Shown here: in pieces, positions 1-9,944 of the stretch
Layout: the number at the start of each line of letters is the position of its first letter
Numbering within the stretch: the stretch's first letter is position 1
DNA from: a bacterium
Lineage (GTDB): Bacteria > SAR324 > NAC60-12
DNA length: 64,000 bases
Assembly: GCA_965209155.1 (NCBI GenBank)
Contig: OZ242383.1
Span: 1,792,001-1,856,000 of the forward strand
Direction: 5' to 3'
Program-made: the position numbers and the translations under genes
The notes under the pieces: model-generated
What the model saw: only the letters and a program-made list of their open reading frames with translations
What the model was told of the DNA's origin: nothing
Databases searched by the model: none

Positions 1-1
1 T

Positions 2-1987
2 CTGCCGACAAAAATCCCCAATTTGCTGGTCAACGGTTCTTCGGGAATTGCCGTCGGAATGGCCAGTAATATTCCTCCACACAACATCGCTGAAGTGATG
101 AATGGTTTGCTTTACTATATGGACCATCGAGACAATGCTTCTCTACCGGAGCTGATGAAGCATTTGCCCGGACCGGACTTTCCCACGGGCGGGCGTATCA
201 TGGGAAGATCGGGTATTTATAGCGCCTACCAGACTGGAAGAGGAATCGTCATTGTGAGGGCGCAGACGCATTTTGAGAAAGGACCAGGAGACACGGAAAC
301 TATCATTGTGACGGAGTTGCCTTATATGGTCAACAAGGCCAACCTGATCGAAAAAATCGCGGGCTTGGTGCGTGACAAGAAAATTGAAGGCATTTCGGAT
401 TTACGGGATGAATCGGATCGAAAAGGGATGCGCATATACATTCAAGTGAAACGCAATGACAATCCGGAAGTTGTCCTGAGCAGTCTCTATAAACACACTG
501 CCATGCAATCTTCCTTTGGCATTATCATGCTGGCCATTGTGGACCAGCAGCCCAAAGTACTGCCCTTGTTGCAAATTCTTCGTTTGTTCATGGAACATCG
601 CATGTCGATTGTCAGACGAAGGATTCAATATGAATTGAACCAGGCGGAGGCCAGGGTCCATATTCTGGAAGGTTTGACGATCGCTCTTTCTCACCTGGAT
701 GCGGTGATTGAACAAATCCGCAATGCGGAAAATGGGGCAGTTGCCAAGGAAGCACTGGTAGAAAATTATGACCTTTCGGACAAGCAAGCCCAAGCGATCC
801 TGGACATGCGCTTGCAACGTTTGACAGGATTGGAACAAGATAAGGTCTTTCAGGAATTTGAGAATCTGAAAAAAGAGATTCAAAGATATCGGGAGATTCT
901 TGCCGACGACAATCGGATTTTAGACATCGTTCGGCAAGAATGCCAGGAAATCCGTGATAAGTATGGAGATTCCCGCCGTACGGAGATTTCAGAAGAAGAC
1001 AGTTCTATTCCGATCGAGGAATTGATTACCCGGGAAGACATGGTGGTCACCATTTCCCACAGCGGCTATATTAAGCGCAGTTCCGTCAGCGAGTATCGTG
1101 TGCAGCGTCGTGGCGGGAAAGGACGAATTGGCATGAGCATGAAAGATGAGGATTTCGTAGAAAAAATGATTGTTGCATCCACGCACGACCACTTGCTGAT
1201 TTTTACGACCTTCGGGCAGGTTTTTGCCATGAAGGTCTATGAATTGCCCCAGGCCGGTCCTGCCAGCAAAGGAAAAGCCATTGTCAATCTTCTACCATTG
1301 AGACCAGAAGAAAAAATTTGTACCTATCTCAATATTGCAGAGTTTAGCGAAGACCGCTTTGTGTTGATGTGCACTGTCAATGGACTCTGTAAAAAATCCG
1401 AACTCAATGCATTTCGCAAAGTACGTTCTACCGGAATTCGCGCTATCACCCTCGATGCGAGTGACACGATGCTCTCTGCCCAATTGACTGATGGAAATCA
1501 GGAAGTTATATTTGCCACCCGGCAGGGGATGAGTTTGAGGTTCCATGAAAATCAGGTCCGCGCGATGGGACGTGAAGCCCGTGGAGTGATTGGGATACGT
1601 ATGAAAACGCAGGATCGAGTGGTCACCATGGAAGTTTTGCAAAAAACGGAAGCGATTCTGACAGTCACCGAAAATGGCTATGGTAAAAAGACTCTACTCG
1701 AGGATTACCCGCTTTCTAAAAATAGGGGCAATCAGGGAGTACGTACTATCATAACCTCCAAGCGAAACGGAAATGTCATCGGAGCCCTGGAGATCGGAGA
1801 ACATTATCAGGTTTTGCTTGTCACTCAATTCGGAAAATTAATCCGTATCAAAACCGATCAAATTCCGGTGATAGGTCGCATAACTCAAGGAGTGCGGCTT
1901 TTTAATCTGGAAAAAGGCGAGAAGGTTATTGATATCGCCCGTTTTGTGGAGGACACGGGAGGAGATGAGGAAAAGGAACCCGTTTAA
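2..1987 (+). CDS. gyrA: DNA gyrase subunit A, 5'-truncated by window edge
   Basis: [28 protein letters not shown]-terminal pinwheel repeats; GyrA-box QRRGGKG distinguishes it from ParC. Confidence 0.97.
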   Translation: MPTKIPNLLVNGSSGIAVGMASNIPPHNIAEVMNGLLYYMDHRDNASLPELMKHLPGPDFPTGGRIMGRSGIYSAYQTGRGIVIVRAQTHFEKGPGDTETIIVTELPYMVNKANLIEKIAGLVRDKKIEGISDLRDESDRKGMRIYIQVKRNDNPEVVLSSLYKHTAMQSSFGIIMLAIVDQQPKVLPLLQILRLFMEHRMSIVRRRIQYELNQAEARVHILEGLTIALSHLDAVIEQIRNAENGAVAKEALVENYDLSDKQAQAILDMRLQRLTGLEQDKVFQEFENLKKEIQRYREILADDNRILDIVRQECQEIRDKYGDSRRTEISEEDSSIPIEELITREDMVVTISHSGYIKRSSVSEYRVQRRGGKGRIGMSMKDEDFVEKMIVASTHDHLLIFTTFGQVFAMKVYELPQAGPASKGKAIVNLLPLRPEEKICTYLNIAEFSEDRFVLMCTVNGLCKKSELNAFRKVRSTGIRAITLDASDTMLSAQLTDGNQEVIFATRQGMSLRFHENQVRAMGREARGVIGIRMKTQDRVVTMEVLQKTEAILTVTENGYGKKTLLEDYPLSKNRGNQGVRTIITSKRNGNVIGALEIGEHYQVLLVTQFGKLIRIKTDQIPVIGRITQGVRLFNLEKGEKVIDIARFVEDTGGDEEKEPV

Positions 1988-2533
1988 AAATTACAAACCT
2001 TTTTCCTCACGGGTTGTTTTTCAAATCACTGTATATTTCGGATTTTATCAGGATTTTCCCCGGTCAATTCTTGGAAGTCCTCTTCCATTATTTACGTCAG
2101 CAAAAAGGCGGTTCGAGTGCCTTTCCTTCCTCGATTATTTTTGATTGGAAATTAGCTACAGCAAAGGGAACCGTATCCCGTGCTGCATGAGACCGAATAG
2201 ATATTCGCAGAGTGCCATTGCTGTTTTTTGTTCCTGCAGGTTCCGACCTCTCCAGTCTTGTTACAGCAGTCCCCCTGAAAAATGTGAAGAATTGCATAGG
2301 ACTGAACGAATTCTTTGTTCATATCATCACGGAATTCGATCAATCCGGCCCGTTTATGAAAAAAAAAACGAAGAAAATACGCTAATAATTTTATAATGAA
2401 ATCATAATGATAGATATAAAATCATGATTTTTATGACAATTTTTTTTAGGATTTTTAATCAATTATTTGGGGCTAAGCAATTGATATTTCAGGGGATATT
2501 TTTCGTTGCTTTCCTACTCGGAATTTTTTATTG

Positions 2534-2542
2534 TGTGGATAC
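2534..2542 (-). promoter_or_regulatory. Single DnaA-box-like site (GTATCCACA, 1 mismatch to TTATCCACA)
   Basis: tgtggatac in the AT-rich spacer ~110 nt upstream of the dnaA-like gene. Confidence 0.35.
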
Positions 2543-2648
2543 GTCATGAGAAATCAGAGAGGGATATCAATCGAATCAATATCAGACGCAGGGAAGTGGT
2601 ACTCATCGGAAAAAGACAATATCCAGGTCAAGAGAGAAAGTAATCCAA

Positions 2649-4178
2649 ATGGACGTGGATTTGGGGAAGAAGATGGATCTGAACAGAAGATGGTCGCAAT
2701 TTAAGGAGCAACTCTGCAAAGAGCTTGAATCCGAACAGTACGAAGGGTGGATCGAGCAAATTGTGTTGGCGGAAGCTTCTACTAAGAAAATCATTATCGC
2801 CGGTATTCCCCATCCTCTCTTTCGAGACGATATCGCAAGCAATTATGATCGCTTGTTTCGCAGGCTTCTCAATGAAATCTTTCCTGAAATCGCTCCTGTA
2901 TATAAGAAAAAAATCAAATATTGCGTAGGCGCTTATGATGTTGATCGAAAGGACCCCATCCAAACGGAATTTGTTTTTGAAAAACTCCACAAGGATATTT
3001 CTTCGGATGAAGAACGAATTTCCACCTCCATGCCATTTGGGAAAAAAGCAGGACCATCAGGTGCTCGCGAAAACGTCATTTCTCTTCAATCGTCCGAAAT
3101 CTCCGCATTATTCAATCCCAAACATTCCCTGGATACTATCATTGTCAGCGAGCATAACAACCTGGCGTATGAAGCGGCTCGTCACATTATTCACGCTCCG
3201 GGAGCTTCCTACAATCCATTTTTCATTTATGGAGAATTGGGAACTGGTAAAACGCATCTGCTGGAAGCTATCGGACAGGCTTATCTCCAACTGTATCCGG
3301 AATCCTCTGTGGTTTATGTCACTGCGGAAACTATTTTGAATGATTACGTGGAGCATATCCAGCAAAAGAAAATGAGCAAATTTCGAAAGCAATACCGTCA
3401 AATGGACATGTTTTTGATCGATCGCGTGCAAATCGTCTCAGGAGCAAAAAATTTTCAGGAGGAACTCTATCATACAATTGAAACCTTAAAGAAAGCGGGA
3501 AAACAGATCGTGATGACCTGTAACCAGCTCAGCCGGAATATAAGGGAAATGAATCTCGCGCTCAGTTCCTTGTTGGAATCGGGATTGATGGTAGAAATCA
3601 CTCATCCGGATCTGGAAACTCGTGTTGCGATTCTACAAAATCGAGCACGAATTCACCATGTCAGGCTCCCCGCGGAAGTTTGTTATTTCATTGCCCGGCA
3701 CATCAATTCGAATGTGCAGAAAATGGAAAGCGCTTTAATTCGCTTGGGAGCCCATGCTTCTCTTCTTGGTCAGAAGATCAACCTTGAATTCGCAAAAAAG
3801 ACTTTGTCCGATCTCCTGGAAAGTCCGATTCATGAAGATCACATCGATCGGATTCTTCAAAAAATCTGCACCCTGTCGCAAGTGTCCCGCTCTGATCTGA
3901 ATTCAGGAACGAGGGCCAGCCACGTGGTCCGCGCACGTCGGATGGGAATGTATTTGCTGAAAGAGTTGACGAGTATGTCCCTGACGGAAATTGGCGCTCA
4001 ATTTGGAAACAGGTCTCATACCGCCATTCATAATTCTATTAAACAAATTCGCAATAGAATGGAAACTGATAAGGGATTGCGTCAACAACTTGAAGCGCTG
4101 AAAGAGGATCTCTCTCAAACGGAGGCAAAGCAAATAAAAATCTTTCAAAAGTTTTCCAAAATGAAGAAACATCAATGA
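2649..4178 (+). CDS. dnaA: DnaA-family protein, degenerate paralogue
   Basis: NP.FIYGELGTGKTHLL Walker A, P.LETRVAIL, domain IV SLTEIGAQFGNRSHT; several AAA+ catalytic residues substituted. Confidence 0.88.
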   Translation: MDVDLGKKMDLNRRWSQFKEQLCKELESEQYEGWIEQIVLAEASTKKIIIAGIPHPLFRDDIASNYDRLFRRLLNEIFPEIAPVYKKKIKYCVGAYDVDRKDPIQTEFVFEKLHKDISSDEERISTSMPFGKKAGPSGARENVISLQSSEISALFNPKHSLDTIIVSEHNNLAYEAARHIIHAPGASYNPFFIYGELGTGKTHLLEAIGQAYLQLYPESSVVYVTAETILNDYVEHIQQKKMSKFRKQYRQMDMFLIDRVQIVSGAKNFQEELYHTIETLKKAGKQIVMTCNQLSRNIREMNLALSSLLESGLMVEITHPDLETRVAILQNRARIHHVRLPAEVCYFIARHINSNVQKMESALIRLGAHASLLGQKINLEFAKKTLSDLLESPIHEDHIDRILQKICTLSQVSRSDLNSGTRASHVVRARRMGMYLLKELTSMSLTEIGAQFGNRSHTAIHNSIKQIRNRMETDKGLRQQLEALKEDLSQTEAKQIKIFQKFSKMKKHQ

Positions 4179-4191
4179 AAGCCACGACTCT

Positions 4192-5193
4192 TCATTTTCC
4201 GGCTGTAATCATTCCTTTAAAGAATAAACCATATTCTCCGGGAAGATAATCCTGGATCATGCCAAAGTAGCGATTCCACGGCTCCACGGGCAGACGTTCA
4301 CGACTTTGATAATAGAGGGAGGTTTTTCCATGCTTCCAGCGATCCTGTAAGTAGGATTTCAAGGGGGAGTGTTCACTCAAGCCTTCCAGTACAATCACCC
4401 GCGAGCCCGATCCCGAGGCGTATTTTTCAAAATGTTTCAATATTTCTTCACCTTTGTCAGCCGCCAGGTAGCGTTCTAAAAGGAGAGTAGCCTGGTAATC
4501 GATTTTGATCCAATTGGTCAAATCCAGCAATTCCAAATGCACTTCTGCGTCCATTTTATTGGAATCATCCAGAACAATACCAATCTCCAGATCCCGGGCA
4601 AGCGTCCGAATCGTCTTCAAGTAATCTTTTGTGACGTGTTCGCTCAGTTCCAGGTAGAAAAGGCGTTTATATTCAGGAAACAGTTGGAGGAGCAGTTTCA
4701 GCGCCATGGGATAATTTAAGTAATCGGGATCTACATTCTGGGTGAAGCGTAAGGTGGTTGAATTTTCATTAAAAAGATTGGTTTGCAGCTTCAAGAGACG
4801 CAAAGTGATCAATGCCGCAATCAGGGAGGCGAAACGCAGCAGGACTGAAGGAATTTGCAGTTCCTGGCATTGATGCAATATCCCTCCAAAACTACGCCCC
4901 TTCTGGTCGATAGAAAGCAATTCGAATCCCTTTGTTACAGGGTGGGTGTCCGGGGCGGCAAGGACGTCGACAGCTTCTGCTTTCACTGAAAGCCACTTGA
5001 GATAATTTTTTGCGCGTTCGCTGAGATTTTGCCATTCCCTTGCCATCAGAATGGAAAGCAATTTTTCCGTAATCGAAGGGAAACAGGTGAGAGGAATGTT
5101 GGGTGGCACCAGCAATACCGCGGATTCGGCAAGTTTTTCATCATCCAGCAAGTCTCCTGTTTCAAAGGCTAAATCCAGGGAAGATAAGCTCAT
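4192..5193 (-). CDS. Degenerate EAL-domain-like protein
   Basis: Ordered EAL-like motifs GFELLS, TQNVDP, YLELSE, VLDD, IKID, VLEG. Confidence 0.6.
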   Translation of the reverse strand: MSLSSLDLAFETGDLLDDEKLAESAVLLVPPNIPLTCFPSITEKLLSILMAREWQNLSERAKNYLKWLSVKAEAVDVLAAPDTHPVTKGFELLSIDQKGRSFGGILHQCQELQIPSVLLRFASLIAALITLRLLKLQTNLFNENSTTLRFTQNVDPDYLNYPMALKLLLQLFPEYKRLFYLELSEHVTKDYLKTIRTLARDLEIGIVLDDSNKMDAEVHLELLDLTNWIKIDYQATLLLERYLAADKGEEILKHFEKYASGSGSRVIVLEGLSEHSPLKSYLQDRWKHGKTSLYYQSRERLPVEPWNRYFGMIQDYLPGEYGLFFKGMITAGK

Positions 5194-5257
5194 AAGGTCT
5201 CTTCAGGGACAACGGCATTTGGGGTGAAGGTAAACAATTGCCTGCGAATCAGGTATT

Positions 5258-6595
5258 CTATTGCAATAAGTTCGCAAATTTAGTGTATTTTCCAAGGAAA
5301 GCCAAACGTTTGGTTCCGGTTTCCCCATTTCGATGCTTGGCCACTATGATTTCCGCGATTCCCTGATCTTCGCTTTCTTCATTATAAATTTCATCCCGGT
5401 AAATGAACATGATGATATCCGCATCCTGCTCGATAGCGCCCGATTCGCGTAAATCCGACATTAAAGGATGTTTTTTATTGCGGCGCTCCAAATCCCGGTT
5501 CAGTTGGGAAACAGCAACCAGGGGCACATTGAACTCTTTCGCGATTGCTTTCAGGTTCCTTGAAATTTCCGCAATTTCCTGTTCCCTGGAATCGAAGCGG
5601 GTGGCACTTTGCATGAGTTGTAAGTAATCCACGATAATCAGTCCCATATCTCCATAGTCATTTTGGGCCTGGCGAATGACTTTGCGAATGTGGCTGTGTG
5701 AGATGGCTCCTTGATCGTCGATGAGCAAAGGAGCCTCCATTATTTTTGCAGCGGCTCTGGATAAACTGTCCCAATCTGCTTGATCCAATCGTCCGGTTTG
5801 GAGTTTATGGGTATCCACTTTCCCTTCACTGCACAAAAGCCTCATGGCGATGTGTTCTTTGGGCATTTCCAAGCTGAATATCAGCACCGGGACTTTGCGG
5901 TGAGCGGAAGCATAAAAACCTATGTTGATCGCGAAGGCCGTTTTTCCCATGGAAGGACGAGCGGCGAGGATGATCAGGTCTCCTTTTTGCAGTCCATGGG
6001 TCAATTCATCCAGTTCGGTGAACCCTGTTGCAATGCCGGTGACGGTTTCCGGTGATTGGGAACGCTGTTCCAGCAAATCAAAATAATCATGAATTACCGT
6101 ACTCAGTTGATCATAATTTTTTTGAATGCCAACTTTGGATTCAAGCAGACGGATAGTATCCGTAGCTTGCTCGATGAGGATTTCGACATTTTCCGGTGAT
6201 TCCGTACCTTTTTTGGCAATGTCATTGGCAGCCAGAATCAATTCGCGCATTCGCCCTTTTTCTTGGACGATACGCGCATAGTACTCGACGTTTTCTACGA
6301 CCGGTGTGGATTGAGCCAAATCAACGAGATAATTCACCCCACCCGTTTGCTCGAGTAAATTTCGATCTTTCAGGAAGCTACCCAAGGTGACTTCATCAAC
6401 AGGTTCGTTTTTCTCTCTTAAGTCTAAAGCTGCCTGGTATATTTTTTGATGGGCTGGAGAAAAAAAATCTGAGGAAACCAGGGTATCCGCAACTTGATAA
6501 AGGACATCATTCTTGATGATGATCGCCCCTAAAATAGCCTGTTCCGCCGTTTTGTCGTGGGGCAATAATTTCGACGAATAGTCTTGCGAAGCCAT
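5258..6595 (-). CDS. dnaB: Replicative DNA helicase
   Basis: AARPSMGKT, FSLEM, IIVDYLQLM, SDLRESGAIEQDAD. Confidence 0.98.
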   Translation of the reverse strand: MASQDYSSKLLPHDKTAEQAILGAIIIKNDVLYQVADTLVSSDFFSPAHQKIYQAALDLREKNEPVDEVTLGSFLKDRNLLEQTGGVNYLVDLAQSTPVVENVEYYARIVQEKGRMRELILAANDIAKKGTESPENVEILIEQATDTIRLLESKVGIQKNYDQLSTVIHDYFDLLEQRSQSPETVTGIATGFTELDELTHGLQKGDLIILAARPSMGKTAFAINIGFYASAHRKVPVLIFSLEMPKEHIAMRLLCSEGKVDTHKLQTGRLDQADWDSLSRAAAKIMEAPLLIDDQGAISHSHIRKVIRQAQNDYGDMGLIIVDYLQLMQSATRFDSREQEIAEISRNLKAIAKEFNVPLVAVSQLNRDLERRNKKHPLMSDLRESGAIEQDADIIMFIYRDEIYNEESEDQGIAEIIVAKHRNGETGTKRLAFLGKYTKFANLLQ

Positions 6596-6664
6596 ATATA
6601 CTCCCCAGAAAAATGCATCAGTTATAAATGCGTCAGAGCATTCCGGATGCGCGGCGAAAATAAA

Positions 6665-7222
6665 TCAAGAGTGAGATTCCGGGTTTGAAGTTGGTACGTC
6701 CGCTTTTTCAGACTCTTTCTCATCTCCAGGTTCAGAGGGTTGGGCAGGGGTTTCATTTGAATCGGATGGAAGTTGTGCGAAGTCCCCGATCACATTGATA
6801 TCAATGTCCACCTTCACTTCCGTGTGTAACTTGACCGAGACTTTATGAGTACCTGTTGACTTGATGGGTTCATGAGGAACAATATTGCGACGAGACACAT
6901 CAAATTCTTGTTCCTTTAGCAGATCCATAATTTCTTTGTTTGTCACCGAACCGAATAATCGCCCACCTGGTCCTGATTTTTTGTGAATTTCCAGTTTTAA
7001 GACGACCAGTCTGGCTGCTTCTCCATTGGCATTTTCAATAGCGGCTTGCCTTAATTTTTCAAAAAATTGCATGCGATGCCGTAATTCCCTGGATTTCTTA
7101 CCAGAAGCCAGGATGGCCTTGCCTTGGGGGAGCAGATAGTTGCGCGCATAACCAGGTTTGACCTGAACCTGATCGCCCAACACTCCTAAATTGGGAATGT
7201 CTTGTACTAAAATGACTTTCAC
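6665..7222 (-). CDS. rplI: 50S ribosomal protein L9 with low-complexity tail
   Basis: MKVIL..VKPGYARNYLLP, LFGSVT. Confidence 0.97.
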   Translation of the reverse strand: MKVILVQDIPNLGVLGDQVQVKPGYARNYLLPQGKAILASGKKSRELRHRMQFFEKLRQAAIENANGEAARLVVLKLEIHKKSGPGGRLFGSVTNKEIMDLLKEQEFDVSRRNIVPHEPIKSTGTHKVSVKLHTEVKVDIDINVIGDFAQLPSDSNETPAQPSEPGDEKESEKADVPTSNPESHS

Positions 7223-7424
7223 GACCTACTCTCTTTCGTTAAATGGTTAATCTGACAGTTCATCCGGTTACACCCCGGGGTCACCGTCACAGTGGGAAAT
7301 TATCTTCAAGATTCCTCACGCTTCTTCAAATAAGCCTTCTCCATGAATGAGCCACCGCTGAACAAACCGTTACAGGTGAAATTCAGAAGGTCTTGTTTTT
7401 ATTCCCCCAAGTTGAGTTTATTTT

Positions 7425-7682
7425 TTACAAACCTTGAGTGACAGAGCCTCCCGTAGTTGACAGGAGTGCCAGGTTCCGTGCCCGTTTTATCTCGACCCTC
7501 AGCATTCGTTGATACGGTGCGGAAACCCCGGAAATGCGACTTGGAATAATTTTACCGGCATCTGTTATATAATCTTTCAACAAGTCGACGTCTTTGTAAT
7601 TGATAGTCTGGATCCCGGCTTCTTTGAAGGGACAGAATTTTCGTTTACGGGGGATGATTTTTCGTCTTCGTCTATGAACCAT
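7425..7682 (-). CDS. rpsR: 30S ribosomal protein S18
   Basis: [26 protein letters not shown]. Confidence 0.97.
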   Translation of the reverse strand: MVHRRRRKIIPRKRKFCPFKEAGIQTINYKDVDLLKDYITDAGKIIPSRISGVSAPYQRMLRVEIKRARNLALLSTTGGSVTQGL

Positions 7683-8187
7683 TTTGTTCCTCCTTGCTTA
7701 CCGGGATTAATTCAGAATCTTCGTTGCTATCCTCGTCGGCCTTTTCTTCAAGTTCGTCAGTCAGCGCTTCTTCTGACTCCTCTACTCCCCCGGTAACTTC
7801 GCTTTCCGGCTTACTTTCCTTTTCCGAGCGAGAAATTTCAGGGGCATCTTCTTTGTGAAGCAATTCCAGAAAACGCTCGTATTCCAGTCGGATGTCTTCT
7901 ATTTTAATCGTCTGGAATCGTAAGATTTCTTCAATGAAACGGTATTGTTGATTCAACTCCTTCAGCATTTCTTCGTTTCCCGTGATGTAGAGCAAATGAT
8001 AAACACCATGAGTTTTTTTATTGATGAGATAGGCCAGACGTCGGCGCCCCCAAAGGTGATATTGTTGGATTGCTCCACCTTGATGAGCCACCGTGTTTTT
8101 TAATTTATCCAGAATTCCCGATAGCGCCTCTTCCGACAAATCGGGATCTGTTATAAAAACGGATTCATATCCTTTCATAAATTTCAT
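7672..8187 (-). CDS. rpsF: 30S ribosomal protein S6 with acidic C-terminal tail
   Basis: [16 protein letters not shown]; start may be 8178. Confidence 0.95.
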   Translation of the reverse strand: MKFMKGYESVFITDPDLSEEALSGILDKLKNTVAHQGGAIQQYHLWGRRRLAYLINKKTHGVYHLLYITGNEEMLKELNQQYRFIEEILRFQTIKIEDIRLEYERFLELLHKEDAPEISRSEKESKPESEVTGGVEESEEALTDELEEKADEDSNEDSELIPVSKEEQNGS

Positions 8188-8286
8188 TCCTTTACAAGAT
8201 CAGCCTGTTAGCGGGCATGCCATGAAAATCTCAATCATGCGCAGTGGCTTCCAATCGCTGGAGCATTCCTGTCTTGACAAGCCCAT

Positions 8287-8862
8287 TCATTCTTCCTCGT
8301 CCGGTAAACTGAGCGAGGTGTTTTCAAAAACCGAATCATTGATAAATCGCATCAGATTGTGGATGACGGAGTCCCGGATTTTATTGAATTTTCGCAAGTC
8401 TTCTTTCCACCATTTGCTCAACACGTAATTACGGGGTGCTACTCCGTCAGGGGGGCGACCGATTCCCAAGCGTATCCGCTTGAAGCGCTCTGTTCCGAGA
8501 TGCTCTGTAATCGAACGTACCCCGTTGTGTCCCCCATGACTCCCTTTAAGCCGGAATCTTACTTTCCCCAGGGGGAGATCCAAATCGTCATAAACGACCA
8601 CCATTTCTTCTTCCACCGGAATTTTGAAAAATTGAGAACACGCAAAGACGCTCCGACCACTATTGTTCATGAATGTCATTGGTTTCATTAAGACGAATCG
8701 TGACCCCTCCCACTCGGATTTTGTAATTGCCGCTTGAAATTTGTTATAAAATGAAGGCGCTTCCAAGCATTGGGCCAATTGATCAACCACCATAAATCCT
8801 GCATTGTGTCGTTGATGTTGGTAGGCAATGCCTGGATTTCCCAATCCAACAATCAGTTTCAT
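8287..8862 (-). CDS. pth: Peptidyl-tRNA hydrolase
   Basis: LIVGLGNPG, RHNAGF, KPMTFMNNSG, GGHNG, RIRLGIG. Confidence 0.97.
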   Translation of the reverse strand: MKLIVGLGNPGIAYQHQRHNAGFMVVDQLAQCLEAPSFYNKFQAAITKSEWEGSRFVLMKPMTFMNNSGRSVFACSQFFKIPVEEEMVVVYDDLDLPLGKVRFRLKGSHGGHNGVRSITEHLGTERFKRIRLGIGRPPDGVAPRNYVLSKWWKEDLRKFNKIRDSVIHNLMRFINDSVFENTSLSLPDEEE

Positions 8863-9446
8863 TCCTCATTTTCTTCCTCTGCCTTGCGACCAATAATGGT
8901 CGCAAGGCTATAATTTTCGTTGGCGTTGATAGATACGGAGTTTGGACAATTCACGTTTTCAACCCGGACCGTTTGATGAAAGTCCAACTTTGACACGTCC
9001 ACTTCGAGCGCTTCGGGGATATTGCCAGGCAGGCAGGTGATGGGAATTTCCCGCACAACCATTTGTATGATTCCTCCTTTTTTAACTCCGGGCGAAGATC
9101 CGATAGTTTTGAGAGGAACTTTCAAGGTAACAGGTTGTTCATCATCCAATTTACGAAAGTCCAGGTGCAGCAATTCCCGTCGGTACGGATGTTTTTGTAT
9201 TTCTTGAAGCAAAACTCGATGTTCCGTGGCGTTGCCCGTTCCATCGGTGATCTGCAAGCGAAGTAATTGATGCGACCCATCCAGTCTGGAAATATATCTT
9301 CGTGTGACTTCCTCTTCCATTTCCAAAGCAATCCTTTCACCCATACCATAAAGAATAGCGGGTATCTTATTTTGAAATCTCAAACGTCGATTGGCCTTTT
9401 TTCCCCTCGAAAGACGCACGTTTGCCGTCAATGGTTCTACTGACAT
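8859..9446 (-). CDS. rplY: 50S ribosomal protein L25/Ctc
   Basis: RRLR..KIPAILYG, HLDF, GVKKGG; upstream of pth. Confidence 0.93.
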   Translation of the reverse strand: MSVEPLTANVRLSRGKKANRRLRFQNKIPAILYGMGERIALEMEEEVTRRYISRLDGSHQLLRLQITDGTGNATEHRVLLQEIQKHPYRRELLHLDFRKLDDEQPVTLKVPLKTIGSSPGVKKGGIIQMVVREIPITCLPGNIPEALEVDVSKLDFHQTVRVENVNCPNSVSINANENYSLATIIGRKAEEENEE

Positions 9447-9555
9447 GCGAAGCTCCTTTTTTTCATGGATAGTAAAAACAGATACCTCTTATACTCATTT
9501 TATGAGTTTTCGTCAATAATAATATCTATTTCAAACGTGAATCAGGAGTTAAAAA

Positions 9556-9635
9556 TGTGTCATTCCTGGCTTGACCAGGAATCCAGGAAGATACGGGCGA
9601 TATTTTGGATTCCGGATCAAGTCCGGCATGACACA
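9556..9635. repeat. REP/RPE-like palindromic element
   Basis: tgtgtcattcctggcttgaccaggaatcca...tggattccggatcaagtccggcatgacaca: terminal inverted repeats with internal hairpins. Confidence 0.75.
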
Positions 9636-9944
9636 TCATACTTATTAAATTATTGATTTTATAAATTAAATTTCAACTCCTGATTCGCATATTTCAAATG
9701 TAATTTGAAGGGAAGGTCTGAAATTTGAAGTGATTTTCCGGGTTCGCAGTACGCATAAACCTTTTTCTTTGGCAGTGGCATACGAAATCAAGCTTGATGT
9801 TTCGGGTCGGAAGCGACATTTTTTACATGTATTCTGAGCAAAGTGTTTGATTGTCAGTAACACGCAATAGTTCGGGAATGCGATATATCATCGAGGATTC
9901 GAGTTTTATTTTTCTATTTCGTATTTTATCAGTCAAGGTATGCA

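Noticed and set aside
1988..2648. Calling the gyrA-dnaA spacer oriC
   Set aside because: Only one imperfect DnaA box was found by eye and skew cannot be assessed here.
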